The notes beneath the pieces were generated by a model, which worked only from the letters and a program-made list of their open reading frames with translations, was not told the DNA's origin and did no database searches. A program made the translations under genes and the position numbers. A stretch of DNA of 64,000 nucleotides, taken from Candidatus Babeliales bacterium. GTDB taxonomy: Bacteria > Babelota > Babeliae > Babelales > JANWKD01. Every line of letters starts with the position of its first letter. Position 1 is the first letter of the stretch. Shown here piece by piece: positions 20,653 to 30,690 of this stretch. The stretch spans positions 992,001 to 1,056,000 of the forward strand of contig OY969622.1 of assembly GCA_963701665.1 (NCBI GenBank). The letters are read 5' to 3'.

Positions 20653-21837
20653 TTGTATTATTTTAATGTCTTTAATCTTCTAGGAATAAGCCTCGTGGTT
20701 TGCATCATTAAGAAGTGTTCGGTTGTATTTTTATTATTATATAATTTCCCCTCCTATTGCGCTGAAAATAAGCCCAATACTGATCCTCTTGAAAAATTAG
20801 ATGAGTTACTTGCTCGAATCCCTACCGACGAATTTCTTCAACATATCACTGACCAAGAAAAGCGTAAGTTTCTTAAAGCTCTTTTTGAGTACAATAAAGA
20901 CACCGAAAATAGCCCAAAAAACTCAGAAGGCTCTTATCATTTTGAACCCCGACAGCCAGCCCCATTAACTAATGAACAAAAAACAATCCCTATTCATGAA
21001 AGAATTAAGAAGAAATTTATTGGCGATCTTCCCGGTAGAATTAATGATTTAATTTTCTATTTTAGCAATCAGGAGCTATGTCTAAAAAATAACAAATCAA
21101 TCTACAATAGAATTTTGCTTCATGGGCAACCTGGCACAGGAAAATCTCATCTGGTAAAAGTACTTGCTGAAGAATTACAAGTCCCCTATTTTTATTTTCC
21201 TGCCTCATTTTTTGCTGATAAATACATTGGCGAAACCTCGAAAAAAATTCGTGCCGCATTTGCTTGCGCAAAGAACCTCAAAAAACCTGTTATTATTTTT
21301 ATTGATGAGATAGATGGGCTTGCATCTAAAAGAAAAGATAATACACATGACGAACAACGTGCATCATTAGTAACGCTTTTAACTGAAATGCAAGATCTAC
21401 AGCAAAATAAAAATATTTTTATTTTCGTTGCGACTAATGATCTTAAAGCATTAGATCCAGCCATAAAAGATCGCTTTGCAGGCTCAATATGCGAAATTAA
21501 ACCTCTCACCTTAGAAGAAAGAGCCGCAATGTTTAAAAAAGCATTTAAAGAACATGGAATTACAATTGAAGATAATTTTGCAAAAAGGCTAGCTGAAGTT
21601 ACTAATACAACAACCAAGGATGAAGAAACAAAAAATAAAATTTTAAATTTTTCCAACAGAGACATTGAAAGTATAGCAACAACTGTTGCTTTTCGCCAAT
21701 TTGCAGAATGCCATAAAGATAAAGCGAATTGCAATAAACACCTCTGTCATTATGCTCGTAAGGTAATTGATGAAACAGGCAAAAAAGCTTCATTCACAAC
21801 ATTTCATATTAACTATGAGTTTTGTGAAGGAATTTAA
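20653..21837 (+). CDS. AAA+ ATPase (classical clade) with signal-peptide-like N-terminus; first gene of toxin-like locus 1
   Basis: GQPGTGKS Walker A, DKYIG pore loop, IFIDEID Walker B, ATND, DPAIKDRF, FSNRDI; start possibly GTG at 20695. Confidence 0.85.
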   Translation: MYYFNVFNLLGISLVVCIIKKCSVVFLLLYNFPSYCAENKPNTDPLEKLDELLARIPTDEFLQHITDQEKRKFLKALFEYNKDTENSPKNSEGSYHFEPRQPAPLTNEQKTIPIHERIKKKFIGDLPGRINDLIFYFSNQELCLKNNKSIYNRILLHGQPGTGKSHLVKVLAEELQVPYFYFPASFFADKYIGETSKKIRAAFACAKNLKKPVIIFIDEIDGLASKRKDNTHDEQRASLVTLLTEMQDLQQNKNIFIFVATNDLKALDPAIKDRFAGSICEIKPLTLEERAAMFKKAFKEHGITIEDNFAKRLAEVTNTTTKDEETKNKILNFSNRDIESIATTVAFRQFAECHKDKANCNKHLCHYARKVIDETGKKASFTTFHINYEFCEGI

Positions 21838-24577
21838 AACAAGCATTAAAATTTTATTCAATATATTTCTTCTTTTTTATTCGTTGAATAATTGGGCAAT
21901 GGATCAAAAGATTGAGCCATATTCATCATTTGAAGATTGGGGCTCTTCGGATGATTCGTCTAGCTCTTCGGATTCATCTAGCTCTAACGATGTTATTGCC
22001 ATTTCAAAATCATCAACAGAAACGGATGAATCATCTTACAAAGAATATATCCGCGAGTTCTATGAAAGCTCATCATATCAATATGTAGATTATGATGAAG
22101 AACATGCCTCGACGACAAACTCCCAAGCCCATTCCAACTCAAAATCAGATAGCCATACTGCTTCCAGCCAATCACATGCAATCCCAGTAATAGCATATCC
22201 AACCAATCAGCACCCTTCTTTTTCATCAAATAAAGAATCAACACGACACGCCAGAATGAGTCACCTCAATAATTCAGTAGGTACTTTCAGACGACGTTCA
22301 CAATATTATGCAGACAGAGATCTGGCTGTAAAAAGATACTTAGGCGTTCGCAATCAACTTAATGCAGAAGATCAAGAAAAATTTGCACATGAAAATAAAA
22401 ATCTTCATAAGCTTGCTATGAAACACCTTGAATATGAAAATCGTCCTTCTACTGGAGAACGAATAAAACAAGGATTTAAAGCACTAGGAGAAAATATATC
22501 AAGTACGAAGCAACGTATTGGTAGTTGGTGGCAAGGCTCGAGCAATAATAATGAAAACCAAAAGCACCAATCAACTACAAACGATTATAAAAGTGCCACT
22601 GCAGAACAAAATCGCAATGCACGATATAACGATTATAAGAACGCAAGCTTTGAACAACAAGGAAGTCTTAGCAAAAGACGGCGCGAGCAAGATTATAACA
22701 ATAGCATTCAAGAACAATTAAAGTTCATAGAAGAAGAGCCAACTAAAGATCTTAGATCTAGTGATAAAAGTCAAAATAAGCCTTTAACTAAACAAGAGCC
22801 TGAATTTCTGCAAGAACAAGCTCTTGGTGAAAAAGAACTTGAACAAAAAGCAGCCCAAGATCAGTTACGTTATGAAAAAGAGATTGAAAGACTCAATGAA
22901 AAATTTGAAATTGAACAATCTCAACACAGACTTGATGAAATAGGAAAATTAATCAAGTCTTTTGCTGAACGTCCTACCAATGAACTGCCTAAAATTGATG
23001 CGCCTAACTCCAGGCAAGACGTTTCTGATTATTACCTGGATGATTTAGATGATTTCTCATTCTCTGAAAATAACCAAGACGATCCATTCACGCATAAAGA
23101 ATGCGCTCTCGGACAAGATGAAAATTGGACTAAATCAAAGAATGTCAGCACTGAAGCATTATCTTCGGTCGTAAAAGATTTTGAAAAATCTGCTGTTGAT
23201 TTTCTAACAACTGGCCGACATGAATCAAAACATATTGACCCTAAAATAGTTAATGAAATTATTAATGATCCTGCAACACCAAAGAATATTGTTAAACTTT
23301 TAGAACACAATAATAGTTTACAAAACAGCACAAATAATAAAGAACTACGCGATTTATCAATCACCACAACTGAGCTTCTTGTTTATGCTGAAACTCTATC
23401 AAGAAAAATAGCTGAAGATGTTTATAAGACGTCTCAAGAAGAAGCAAGGTTAAATAATGCCATCAAAGATAAAATTATTGATGTTGCCACCAACATTGGA
23501 GAATATATTGACATTGCGCTAGAAGAATTAAAAGCAAGACGTAATGAAAATATTGAACGGCCAATTGAAGCAATTAAATCAAGTGTAGAAGCGGCAGGTC
23601 ATGTAGCCATGGAATGCGGTAAATTAGCTGTTTTACTTATCCCAACAGAACACATGCCTCTTTTAAAAAATCTATCTCCAGAAGATTCTTCAACGTTAGA
23701 AAAAAAATCTCTTGAAGAGATGAGTAAAATAATCCATACAGTTGAACAAAATTTTTCTGAATTTAAAAATCTTCCTCCACAAGAACAATTCAGATCTGCT
23801 GTACGAACTGTTCTCAACGCTGCCTCGCTGATTCTTGTAGCCAAAACTTGTTCGCAAGTACTAGCAACTTTACGAACAAGCGCCGCTCATGTAAATGATT
23901 TGAAAGGTGTTGCAACAACAGCTGAAGAAATGGCTACTCTTGAATCATCAGCTCAATTAATATCCCAAGAGCAAAAATTGGTTCACGCTGTTGAACAAGC
24001 TATTGAAAATAACCTCACGCAAGCATCTGAGCATATACCGGGAGCACCAAAATTTAATCAAAAAGATGCTTTAGCTAAAGAATTTGCAGAATCAGAAACA
24101 GGGAAAAAAATTGGCGCTAGACTAGAAAAATCTGCTTCTGAGAAAGCAAAACCTTCGGGCTCATCGGGTAACGCATCTCATTCTGCGGTGGAAGTAGAAA
24201 CTCCGGAAGCCATTAAGAATTTTAACCCTGCAAACCAAAATGCGATTAAAGAATTTCCCAAAGATCTTATTAAAAACTATAAAGACCATATTTTTTCAAA
24301 AAATCATAGAAGAGATGGAATTTTAAGGTTAGGAGCAAATGAATCTGAAATTATAAACAAAATTACGGATATAATATTAGAAACAGATCAGGTGGGATTA
24401 ATTAAACCAGCAGAGAAAAATGTCATTCTTACTGTTATTCAGGGTAAAGATGTTATTATTAGGGCTACATTAAATGAATCTGGTAAAATAATTAGTATGA
24501 ATGGTTATCTAAATACTTCTTCTACTATTCCAAGTAATGGTAATGTAGTTAGGTATATTTCGGAAAAATATAAATGA
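21815..24577 (+). CDS. Large exported protein with putative C-terminal toxin domain (BECR-RNase/Ntox35-like)
   Basis: Signal ending NWA-MDQ; low-complexity and coiled-coil body; linker then a ~100-aa tip DHIFSKNH...IQGKDVIIRATLNESGKIISMNGY; ATGA overlap with the next gene. Confidence 0.6.
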   Translation: MSFVKEFKTSIKILFNIFLLFYSLNNWAMDQKIEPYSSFEDWGSSDDSSSSSDSSSSNDVIAISKSSTETDESSYKEYIREFYESSSYQYVDYDEEHASTTNSQAHSNSKSDSHTASSQSHAIPVIAYPTNQHPSFSSNKESTRHARMSHLNNSVGTFRRRSQYYADRDLAVKRYLGVRNQLNAEDQEKFAHENKNLHKLAMKHLEYENRPSTGERIKQGFKALGENISSTKQRIGSWWQGSSNNNENQKHQSTTNDYKSATAEQNRNARYNDYKNASFEQQGSLSKRRREQDYNNSIQEQLKFIEEEPTKDLRSSDKSQNKPLTKQEPEFLQEQALGEKELEQKAAQDQLRYEKEIERLNEKFEIEQSQHRLDEIGKLIKSFAERPTNELPKIDAPNSRQDVSDYYLDDLDDFSFSENNQDDPFTHKECALGQDENWTKSKNVSTEALSSVVKDFEKSAVDFLTTGRHESKHIDPKIVNEIINDPATPKNIVKLLEHNNSLQNSTNNKELRDLSITTTELLVYAETLSRKIAEDVYKTSQEEARLNNAIKDKIIDVATNIGEYIDIALEELKARRNENIERPIEAIKSSVEAAGHVAMECGKLAVLLIPTEHMPLLKNLSPEDSSTLEKKSLEEMSKIIHTVEQNFSEFKNLPPQEQFRSAVRTVLNAASLILVAKTCSQVLATLRTSAAHVNDLKGVATTAEEMATLESSAQLISQEQKLVHAVEQAIENNLTQASEHIPGAPKFNQKDALAKEFAESETGKKIGARLEKSASEKAKPSGSSGNASHSAVEVETPEAIKNFNPANQNAIKEFPKDLIKNYKDHIFSKNHRRDGILRLGANESEIINKITDIILETDQVGLIKPAEKNVILTVIQGKDVIIRATLNESGKIISMNGYLNTSSTIPSNGNVVRYISEKYK

Positions 24578-25296
24578 ATAAAAATTTATTATTAAAAAAT
24601 ATTAATAAACAAATAGATCAATATAGAAAAAATAACTATGACATGACAACATTCAGTAATATACGAAAAACTTTTGATGAATATTTACATGTTCACCCAA
24701 AAGATACGGAAATTTGGCTGAGTTATGCTTTATGCATGTATAAATTAGCCGAAGGCAGTGATTATCCTGAAGAATGCTTAAGGAAAATATTAGAATACGA
24801 TCAAGACAATCTCTATGCTATAATGTTACTTGTCTATATTAATGCACACGATTCGTATATTAGTGACCAGCTTTTTAAACAGTTATGCAACTTAAAAAGC
24901 AATGACAATCAAATATTATCGATGATAGAATATGAAAAAATTTGGTACTATAAAGATGTTGAAAATTATGAAAGAGTATTAACTGATTCTGTTCAATTAT
25001 ATGATAAACATGTTTGGAATAATGTTAAATTGGGATATATTTATTTAGAAAAAGGAGAGATCAAAATAGGACAAGAATTAATATTAAAGGGGTTAAAAAA
25101 TGTTCAACTTGTTTATGATGATGATACTGTATATGACGAATTAAGTATCGAAGAATATTTTAACGAAACGATTAAAGGAATTCACTTAACAGATATCAAT
25201 TACAATTCTATTATTGATTCATTAGACCCAAATTATCTTAAGCCCATTATGGATTTGATTAATAGACATCTTGCTCGCAATTCATCTCAAGAATAA
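24574..25296 (+). CDS. TPR-like helical protein, candidate cognate immunity protein (copy A)
   Basis: Coupled to the toxin-like gene; no signal peptide; TPR-like pattern; paralogues downstream. Confidence 0.6.
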   Translation: MNKNLLLKNINKQIDQYRKNNYDMTTFSNIRKTFDEYLHVHPKDTEIWLSYALCMYKLAEGSDYPEECLRKILEYDQDNLYAIMLLVYINAHDSYISDQLFKQLCNLKSNDNQILSMIEYEKIWYYKDVENYERVLTDSVQLYDKHVWNNVKLGYIYLEKGEIKIGQELILKGLKNVQLVYDDDTVYDELSIEEYFNETIKGIHLTDINYNSIIDSLDPNYLKPIMDLINRHLARNSSQE

Positions 25297-26296
25297 TTTA
25301 AGAAAATGGGCTTATGCTGCTTCATACATCACTTTTACTATGTTAATTCATAAAGAATATTCTCAATATTTATATTTAATGATTAATAATTTTCCTATCA
25401 AATTACGCAACTATACCTTCGAATATCCTATTCCAATAAGAGTATGTGTTAAAAATTATGATAAATTCGAAGAAGTATTGGGTGATACAAAATATTTATA
25501 CATTAGTAAGGGCAGTCTTTCAGATACAACTGAATTAGTTGTCGATGATTATTCAAAAAAACTACTAATGTTACAAGTAATAGCCTCGAACCAAATTACC
25601 TTTCATGACCTTGATTTCGATATCGATAGTTATTTAAGCTATAATTCTTACATAGCCATAAATATTACAAATGATTCTTTTGAAAAATGGGAAAAATATC
25701 TTCCTGCATTAGATACCCAACCAAAAATACATGTTTTTAATAGCCTTATTGTATTAATAATAGATGAAAATAAATGCCCCGCTTATATGTTTTCAGAAAA
25801 TAATAAATTTGGCGTTATAACCAATAAAGACTTAAACATTGCGGCCTTTTTTATAAACAATATTACTGAAAAAGATAAAAAAATCATCAAAGAACATGCA
25901 AACTATCTTAATTCACCAAATCAAGAAAGTGCATTTCCCTTTAACAAATGCAAAACAACAATTATGGAACATAAAAATTATTTAATAAAAAAAATTATAG
26001 AGCTTGAAAATGTCAATTTATGGGATGTTATTTATTATGGTCTTGAACGAAAATTAATCAATAATAATTTTGTAATAGAATCTGCTATTGCTATGTTAGA
26101 GCATAATAAAACATCTGATAATATTACTCTTGAAATAGCAAGCCTGCTTAATCATGAATTAGAAAAAGTATCTATTTTACTCAACGAAAAAGTAAATAAA
26201 GATGAAGTTATGATTAATAAAGGACCTTTTTATAATAAAATTTGGTTATATCTTTCAGTTGCTTCAGATATGTGTGCAGCAAAAATTATCAAATAA
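25271..26296 (+). CDS. Hypothetical two-domain protein; C-terminal part DUF2247-like, immunity-type
   Basis: W.VIYYGL..KLI...FVI...A...LEIASL...KIWLYLS pattern; start uncertain. Confidence 0.5.
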   Translation: MLAIHLKNNLRKWAYAASYITFTMLIHKEYSQYLYLMINNFPIKLRNYTFEYPIPIRVCVKNYDKFEEVLGDTKYLYISKGSLSDTTELVVDDYSKKLLMLQVIASNQITFHDLDFDIDSYLSYNSYIAINITNDSFEKWEKYLPALDTQPKIHVFNSLIVLIIDENKCPAYMFSENNKFGVITNKDLNIAAFFINNITEKDKKIIKEHANYLNSPNQESAFPFNKCKTTIMEHKNYLIKKIIELENVNLWDVIYYGLERKLINNNFVIESAIAMLEHNKTSDNITLEIASLLNHELEKVSILLNEKVNKDEVMINKGPFYNKIWLYLSVASDMCAAKIIK

Positions 26297-26317
26297 AAAG
26301 AAATATTTTTATCAGAT

Positions 26318-27037
26318 ATGATAAACAAAGATCTATTGCTAAAAAATATAAGCTTACAAATGGATCAACATAAGAAAAATAATTATGACTTAACAACATT
26401 TATCACCATACAGAAAAGCTTTGATCAATATTTAAACCTTCATCCTTACGATACGGAAATTTGGCTAAAATATGCATTATGCATGTATGATTTAGCCGAA
26501 GGAAGTGATTATCCTGAAGAGTGCTTAAGAAAAATCTTAGAATATGATCAAAATAATCTCTCTGCTACGATGCTTTTAGTTTACATTAATGCGCATGATT
26601 CCCATATTAGTGATCAGCTTTTTAGGCAATTATGCGCCTTAAAAAGCGATGATAATGAAATACTATCAATGATTGAATATGAAAAAATTTGGTACTATAA
26701 AGATGATGAAAATTATGAGAAAGTATTAGTTAATTCGGTTAGATTGTGCAACAAACATGTTTGGAATAATGTTAATTTAGGAAGATTGTATATTACTAAG
26801 GGAGAATTTAAAAAAGGTCAAGAGCTAATATTAAAAGGATTAGAGAATATTAAGCTTATTTATAATAATGATACCATATACGATGAACTAAGCGTAGAAG
26901 AATACTTTAATGAAACAATCAAGGGAATTCATTTAAGTAGATCAAATTATAATTGTATTATTGGTTCATTAGATCCAAACTATTATAAACCAATCATGGA
27001 TCTAATTAACAAACATCTTAACCAATCCAAAGACTAA
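26318..27037 (+). CDS. TPR-like immunity paralogue (copy B)
   Basis: Aligns end to end with 24574-25296 (LAEGSDYPEECLRKILEYDQ, EEYFNETIKGIHL). Confidence 0.65.
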   Translation: MINKDLLLKNISLQMDQHKKNNYDLTTFITIQKSFDQYLNLHPYDTEIWLKYALCMYDLAEGSDYPEECLRKILEYDQNNLSATMLLVYINAHDSHISDQLFRQLCALKSDDNEILSMIEYEKIWYYKDDENYEKVLVNSVRLCNKHVWNNVNLGRLYITKGEFKKGQELILKGLENIKLIYNNDTIYDELSVEEYFNETIKGIHLSRSNYNCIIGSLDPNYYKPIMDLINKHLNQSKD

Positions 27038-27101
27038 TTTCTGATCTATAAAAAAAGAAAGCAGATCAGTTAGCATAAAAATCATCAAGGACTTTTTCAT
27101 A

Positions 27102-27830
27102 ATGAACAAAGATCCATTGTTAAAGAATATAAACTTACAAATGAAGCAATATAAAAAAAGCAATTATAATCCCTCTATATTTTTTAATATTCAAAAAACA
27201 TTTGATGAATATTTAAACGTCTATCCTAAAGATACGGACGTTTGGCTAAGTTATGCATTATGTATGTATAAATTGGCTGAAGGTGAAGATCTTGCCGAAA
27301 ATTGTTTAAAAAAGATATATGAATATGACAAAAGCAATGTTTATGCAACTATGTTGCATGCATATATAGCTGCTCATGATTCTCATATTGATGATGAATT
27401 ATTTGAAAAATTATGTAATGTAAAAACACACAACCTTGAATTACAATCAATGATTGAATATTTAAAAAGTTATTATTATTTCTTGAAAAATGATACCTTG
27501 AATGAAAAGGTATTACAAAATTCTGTTGCATTATGCGATAAACATGTTTGGAACCTTGTCAATTTAGGTAGAATTTATATAAAAAAAGGCGATTACAAAG
27601 AAGGGCAAAGATTAATCAAAAAAGCCCTATCGAACATCGAATATACTTATGATGAACATCCAATTGAAGATCAGTTAGATCTTAATGAGTATTTTAATGA
27701 AACTATTAAAGGAATTCACTTAACAGATAGTAACTACAATTCTATTATTGATTCACTTGATCCAGACTACCTTAAGCCAATCATGGATTTGATCAACAAA
27801 CATATGAATCTACCAAAAGATGAATTTTAA
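27102..27830 (+). CDS. TPR-like immunity paralogue (copy C)
   Basis: Aligns end to end with copies A and B; AAGGA RBS. Confidence 0.65.
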   Translation: MNKDPLLKNINLQMKQYKKSNYNPSIFFNIQKTFDEYLNVYPKDTDVWLSYALCMYKLAEGEDLAENCLKKIYEYDKSNVYATMLHAYIAAHDSHIDDELFEKLCNVKTHNLELQSMIEYLKSYYYFLKNDTLNEKVLQNSVALCDKHVWNLVNLGRIYIKKGDYKEGQRLIKKALSNIEYTYDEHPIEDQLDLNEYFNETIKGIHLTDSNYNSIIDSLDPDYLKPIMDLINKHMNLPKDEF

Positions 27831-27881
27831 ATAATGCATTAAAAAAATGAACGAGCAATATAAAGAAAAACTTAGATTTTT

Positions 27882-28430
27882 ATGCTGGTTTGCAAACAAG
27901 GCATAGATGAAAATAACACTGACCCAATTGATATCAACGTTGCTACTAATGACGATATGAAAAATAAAACAGAATGTAATCAATCTTTTTTTTCACATTC
28001 TGATTGTTTTAAGCGAAAATTGCATCAATATTTTAAAGGATACTTTATTGGAGGATTCGATTTTCGTTTATATGAAAATGACAACTTAATTATAAAAAAT
28101 AAGGATCATTTAATAAAAAAGATAACAGAACTCGAGAATGTTGATCCTTTGAAAGTCATTTATTATGGATTAACCTGAGAATTTATTAATTATCAATTTG
28201 TGCTAGAATATTGTTATTCGCTTATCGAAAAGACAAACCGTACACATCAATTTATCCTTGATATTGCTGCACTTTTCCAAGAAAACGACTTATATAATCT
28301 CCCCAAAAAGATTGCTGCAGAAATTACCCTTCCTCAAGATGTTGCAATTGATAGGGACCAATATTACGGGAAAATCTGGGCTTATCTTTCAGCTGCGGCT
28401 GAAATATGCTCAGAAAAAATTACTAAATAA
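27882..28430 (+). pseudogene. Interrupted paralogue of the C-terminal domain of 25271-26296
   Basis: LIKKITELENV..VIYYGLT*EFINYQFV...KIWAYLS; in-frame TGA at 28176-28178 aligns with CGA(Arg) in the intact copy. Confidence 0.7.
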
Positions 28431-28558
28431 GCATTCCCTCCCCCCCTAAAAATACTACCTGAACTAATTTTATTTTAAAAAAGGCCTGACAAACAGTCTC
28501 ACTTTAGGTTATACTAATAATCATTGAGGTACTAAAACCCCTGAATTGATTAGTTTTT

Positions 28559-29839
28559 ATGAAAAAGAAGCTTTATTCTATTATTCTATTTTTTCTAATG
28601 ACTTCTGCCTTCCCTGTAATGGCAGAAGGAACGGATCGGCCAAGATCTGACCAGGAAGAAACCTGGCTAACCATTATTATACATGGGATCTTGAATGCCA
28701 AGCCGCATATTTCTATTTCTAATATCATCCTGGTCCTTCGAGATCAACTTGAAAATACGATTTATGCCCACACCATTGATATTACGCGAAATGATCCCTT
28801 CTTTTATCAATATCACCCTATGCAAAAGCCAGGTTTACAAAAAATAGATTTTAATGATATCGGACCAGGCAAAGCAGCCACGGCATTTGCTCGGCTTTAT
28901 GATGAAATGAGTGCCCTAAACCAGAAAAAGCCGGTCAAAAACGTATATTATACCTTTGGTTGGACCGGCATATTAGGCATGAACGTACGTATCCTGGATG
29001 CCCAAATCTTTTATGACCAGCTGTTAACAGAGATCAATGCCTATAAAGCACAGGGCATTAATCCTAAAATTCGGATTATAGGCTACAGTCACGGCGCTCA
29101 TATTGCCCTCCATTTAGGAACTATTCATAAGCAACGCGCGCAAGAAAATTTACTTGATCCTATTGATCAAATAGTTTTATTGGGGCTACCTATTGTATGT
29201 GATATGGATTATTTGGTTCATAGTCCCTTATTTAAAAAGATTTATAACCTCTATTCGACTGGCGATAGGGTACAAATTGCTGATTTTATGTCCTATCAGA
29301 AGTTCTTATCATATCGAACCTTCAACGAACGCCCTACCTTTGAGGTCCCTGATAATCTTACGCAAGTCCAATTGCGCTGGAAACGGCTTGCACGCACAAG
29401 AAAAAAATATACCTATCCCTATTATCCAAAATGGCTTATTCGTAATTCTGATCCAGGACATAGTGAACTTTTTTCATTTGGCTGGATTTATAATTACCGA
29501 CAATATGTACCATTTTATCCAATGCCTATATGCTGCTATGTTGGTTACTTTTTGAATGCGGTTGAAAATAGCGATCTTAATGCAAACCATCTCTGTCTTG
29601 AAGTTCATCCTTTTGCTGAGACTATGTCGCTCAAAGCACAAACGGCAAGAAATGCATTAAACATGCCGTTCCTCACCTTTGAACAACAACAACATTTTGT
29701 GGATGTAACTAATTCATTTAGACCGGTGAATTTCAATCTCGCACTATTCAATGAACGTACGGCGCAGACAATTGAATTAGCAAAACAACGATTTGAAGAA
29801 CAAAATGCATGTCATTCTTTAGTTAAAACCTGCGAGTGA
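28559..29839 (+). CDS. Exported alpha/beta-hydrolase-like protein
   Basis: Signal peptide; IIIHG, FGWTG, IIGYSHGA nucleophile elbow, NLYS.GD.VQ, PGH. Confidence 0.7.
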   Translation: MKKKLYSIILFFLMTSAFPVMAEGTDRPRSDQEETWLTIIIHGILNAKPHISISNIILVLRDQLENTIYAHTIDITRNDPFFYQYHPMQKPGLQKIDFNDIGPGKAATAFARLYDEMSALNQKKPVKNVYYTFGWTGILGMNVRILDAQIFYDQLLTEINAYKAQGINPKIRIIGYSHGAHIALHLGTIHKQRAQENLLDPIDQIVLLGLPIVCDMDYLVHSPLFKKIYNLYSTGDRVQIADFMSYQKFLSYRTFNERPTFEVPDNLTQVQLRWKRLARTRKKYTYPYYPKWLIRNSDPGHSELFSFGWIYNYRQYVPFYPMPICCYVGYFLNAVENSDLNANHLCLEVHPFAETMSLKAQTARNALNMPFLTFEQQQHFVDVTNSFRPVNFNLALFNERTAQTIELAKQRFEEQNACHSLVKTCE

Positions 29840-30648
29840 TTCTCAAGAAGTTTTAGTATTGCTTGGTTACCTTTTCTATCCGCCAACTCACGCGGAGTAG
29901 CATATTCTTCAACATAATAGCCATTCATGCCTCGTTTATTTGAATAGGCAAAGCGTTGATCCGGATTTGCCCCATGAGCTAATAATATTTGTACTAAACC
30001 GGTATTTTCTTTTTCTATTCCTAACGCCAAACCTGTATATTCATCACCTAGAAAATTTCGATAGTATACCGCGTTAACATCTTCTCCATGGTTAAGACAA
30101 TATACTACCGTCTTTATATCCGGTATTGAAAGAGCATCTTGCAAAAACTCTCCTTTGGCACCTTGCACAAGAAAGTATGCATAATAAAACCGTGCCATAC
30201 AGGGATATCTGTATACATAGGAATCTTTTACATTGCCAGGTTTGTGAATGGCATGTGAAAAGGTCTGATTAGGAACCTTGGTAGTTGGATATAGCAATTT
30301 CTTAATAATTTCTTCCGGATAGAACCAAGGCATATTACTTTTTTTATATTTTTCGATTAATTTTTTTCGTATCGGTTTAGAGCTCGGCAAAAACTCAGAA
30401 AAAAATTGATAAGTTTCTTTATCAATATATCGAACCTTCGTGAGTGATAAAGCTGCCTCCTCTATATCCTTTGATTCATCGATGGTTATAACGATAATCT
30501 TTTCGAGTATTTCTGAAGGTAGTATATGTACAAAAGAATAGCCTAATCTTTTGGGATCTTCTTTCCATTCTTCCATCGAGTATGAGCACCAAGAAAATAA
30601 TAAGAACATGCAAGTAACTATTTTTTTATAAGCGGAACCTGTAAACAT
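29812..30648 (-). CDS. Exported ankyrin-repeat protein with F-box-like motif
   Basis: Signal ending SYS-MEE; ILPSEILEKII; LNHGEDVNA, LLAHGANPD, TPRELA. Confidence 0.75.
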   Translation of the reverse strand: MFTGSAYKKIVTCMFLLFSWCSYSMEEWKEDPKRLGYSFVHILPSEILEKIIVITIDESKDIEEAALSLTKVRYIDKETYQFFSEFLPSSKPIRKKLIEKYKKSNMPWFYPEEIIKKLLYPTTKVPNQTFSHAIHKPGNVKDSYVYRYPCMARFYYAYFLVQGAKGEFLQDALSIPDIKTVVYCLNHGEDVNAVYYRNFLGDEYTGLALGIEKENTGLVQILLAHGANPDQRFAYSNKRGMNGYYVEEYATPRELADRKGNQAILKLLENHSQVLTKE

Positions 30649-30690
30649 AAAAGGCCTTTTTGATTAACCATTAAATTTATAAAGAAAATA

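Noticed and set aside
20365..20690. Sigma54 -24/-12 promoter near the activator-like gene
   Set aside because: The TGGCA and TTGC elements present are not at the required spacing on either strand.
21950..21990. Short tandem repeat encoding poly-Ser
   Set aside because: In-frame low-complexity linker with no sign of phase variation.
28176..28178. In-frame TGA as possible recoding (Trp, Gly or Sec)
   Set aside because: TGA ends bona fide genes here (glmU, sbcD, uppS, pheT) and this one aligns with CGA in the paralogue, so a nonsense mutation is simpler.
20653..28430. Prophage or integrative element explanation for the AT-rich toxin loci
   Set aside because: No integrase, terminase, capsid, relaxase or transposase motifs, and no flanking att repeats found around either locus.
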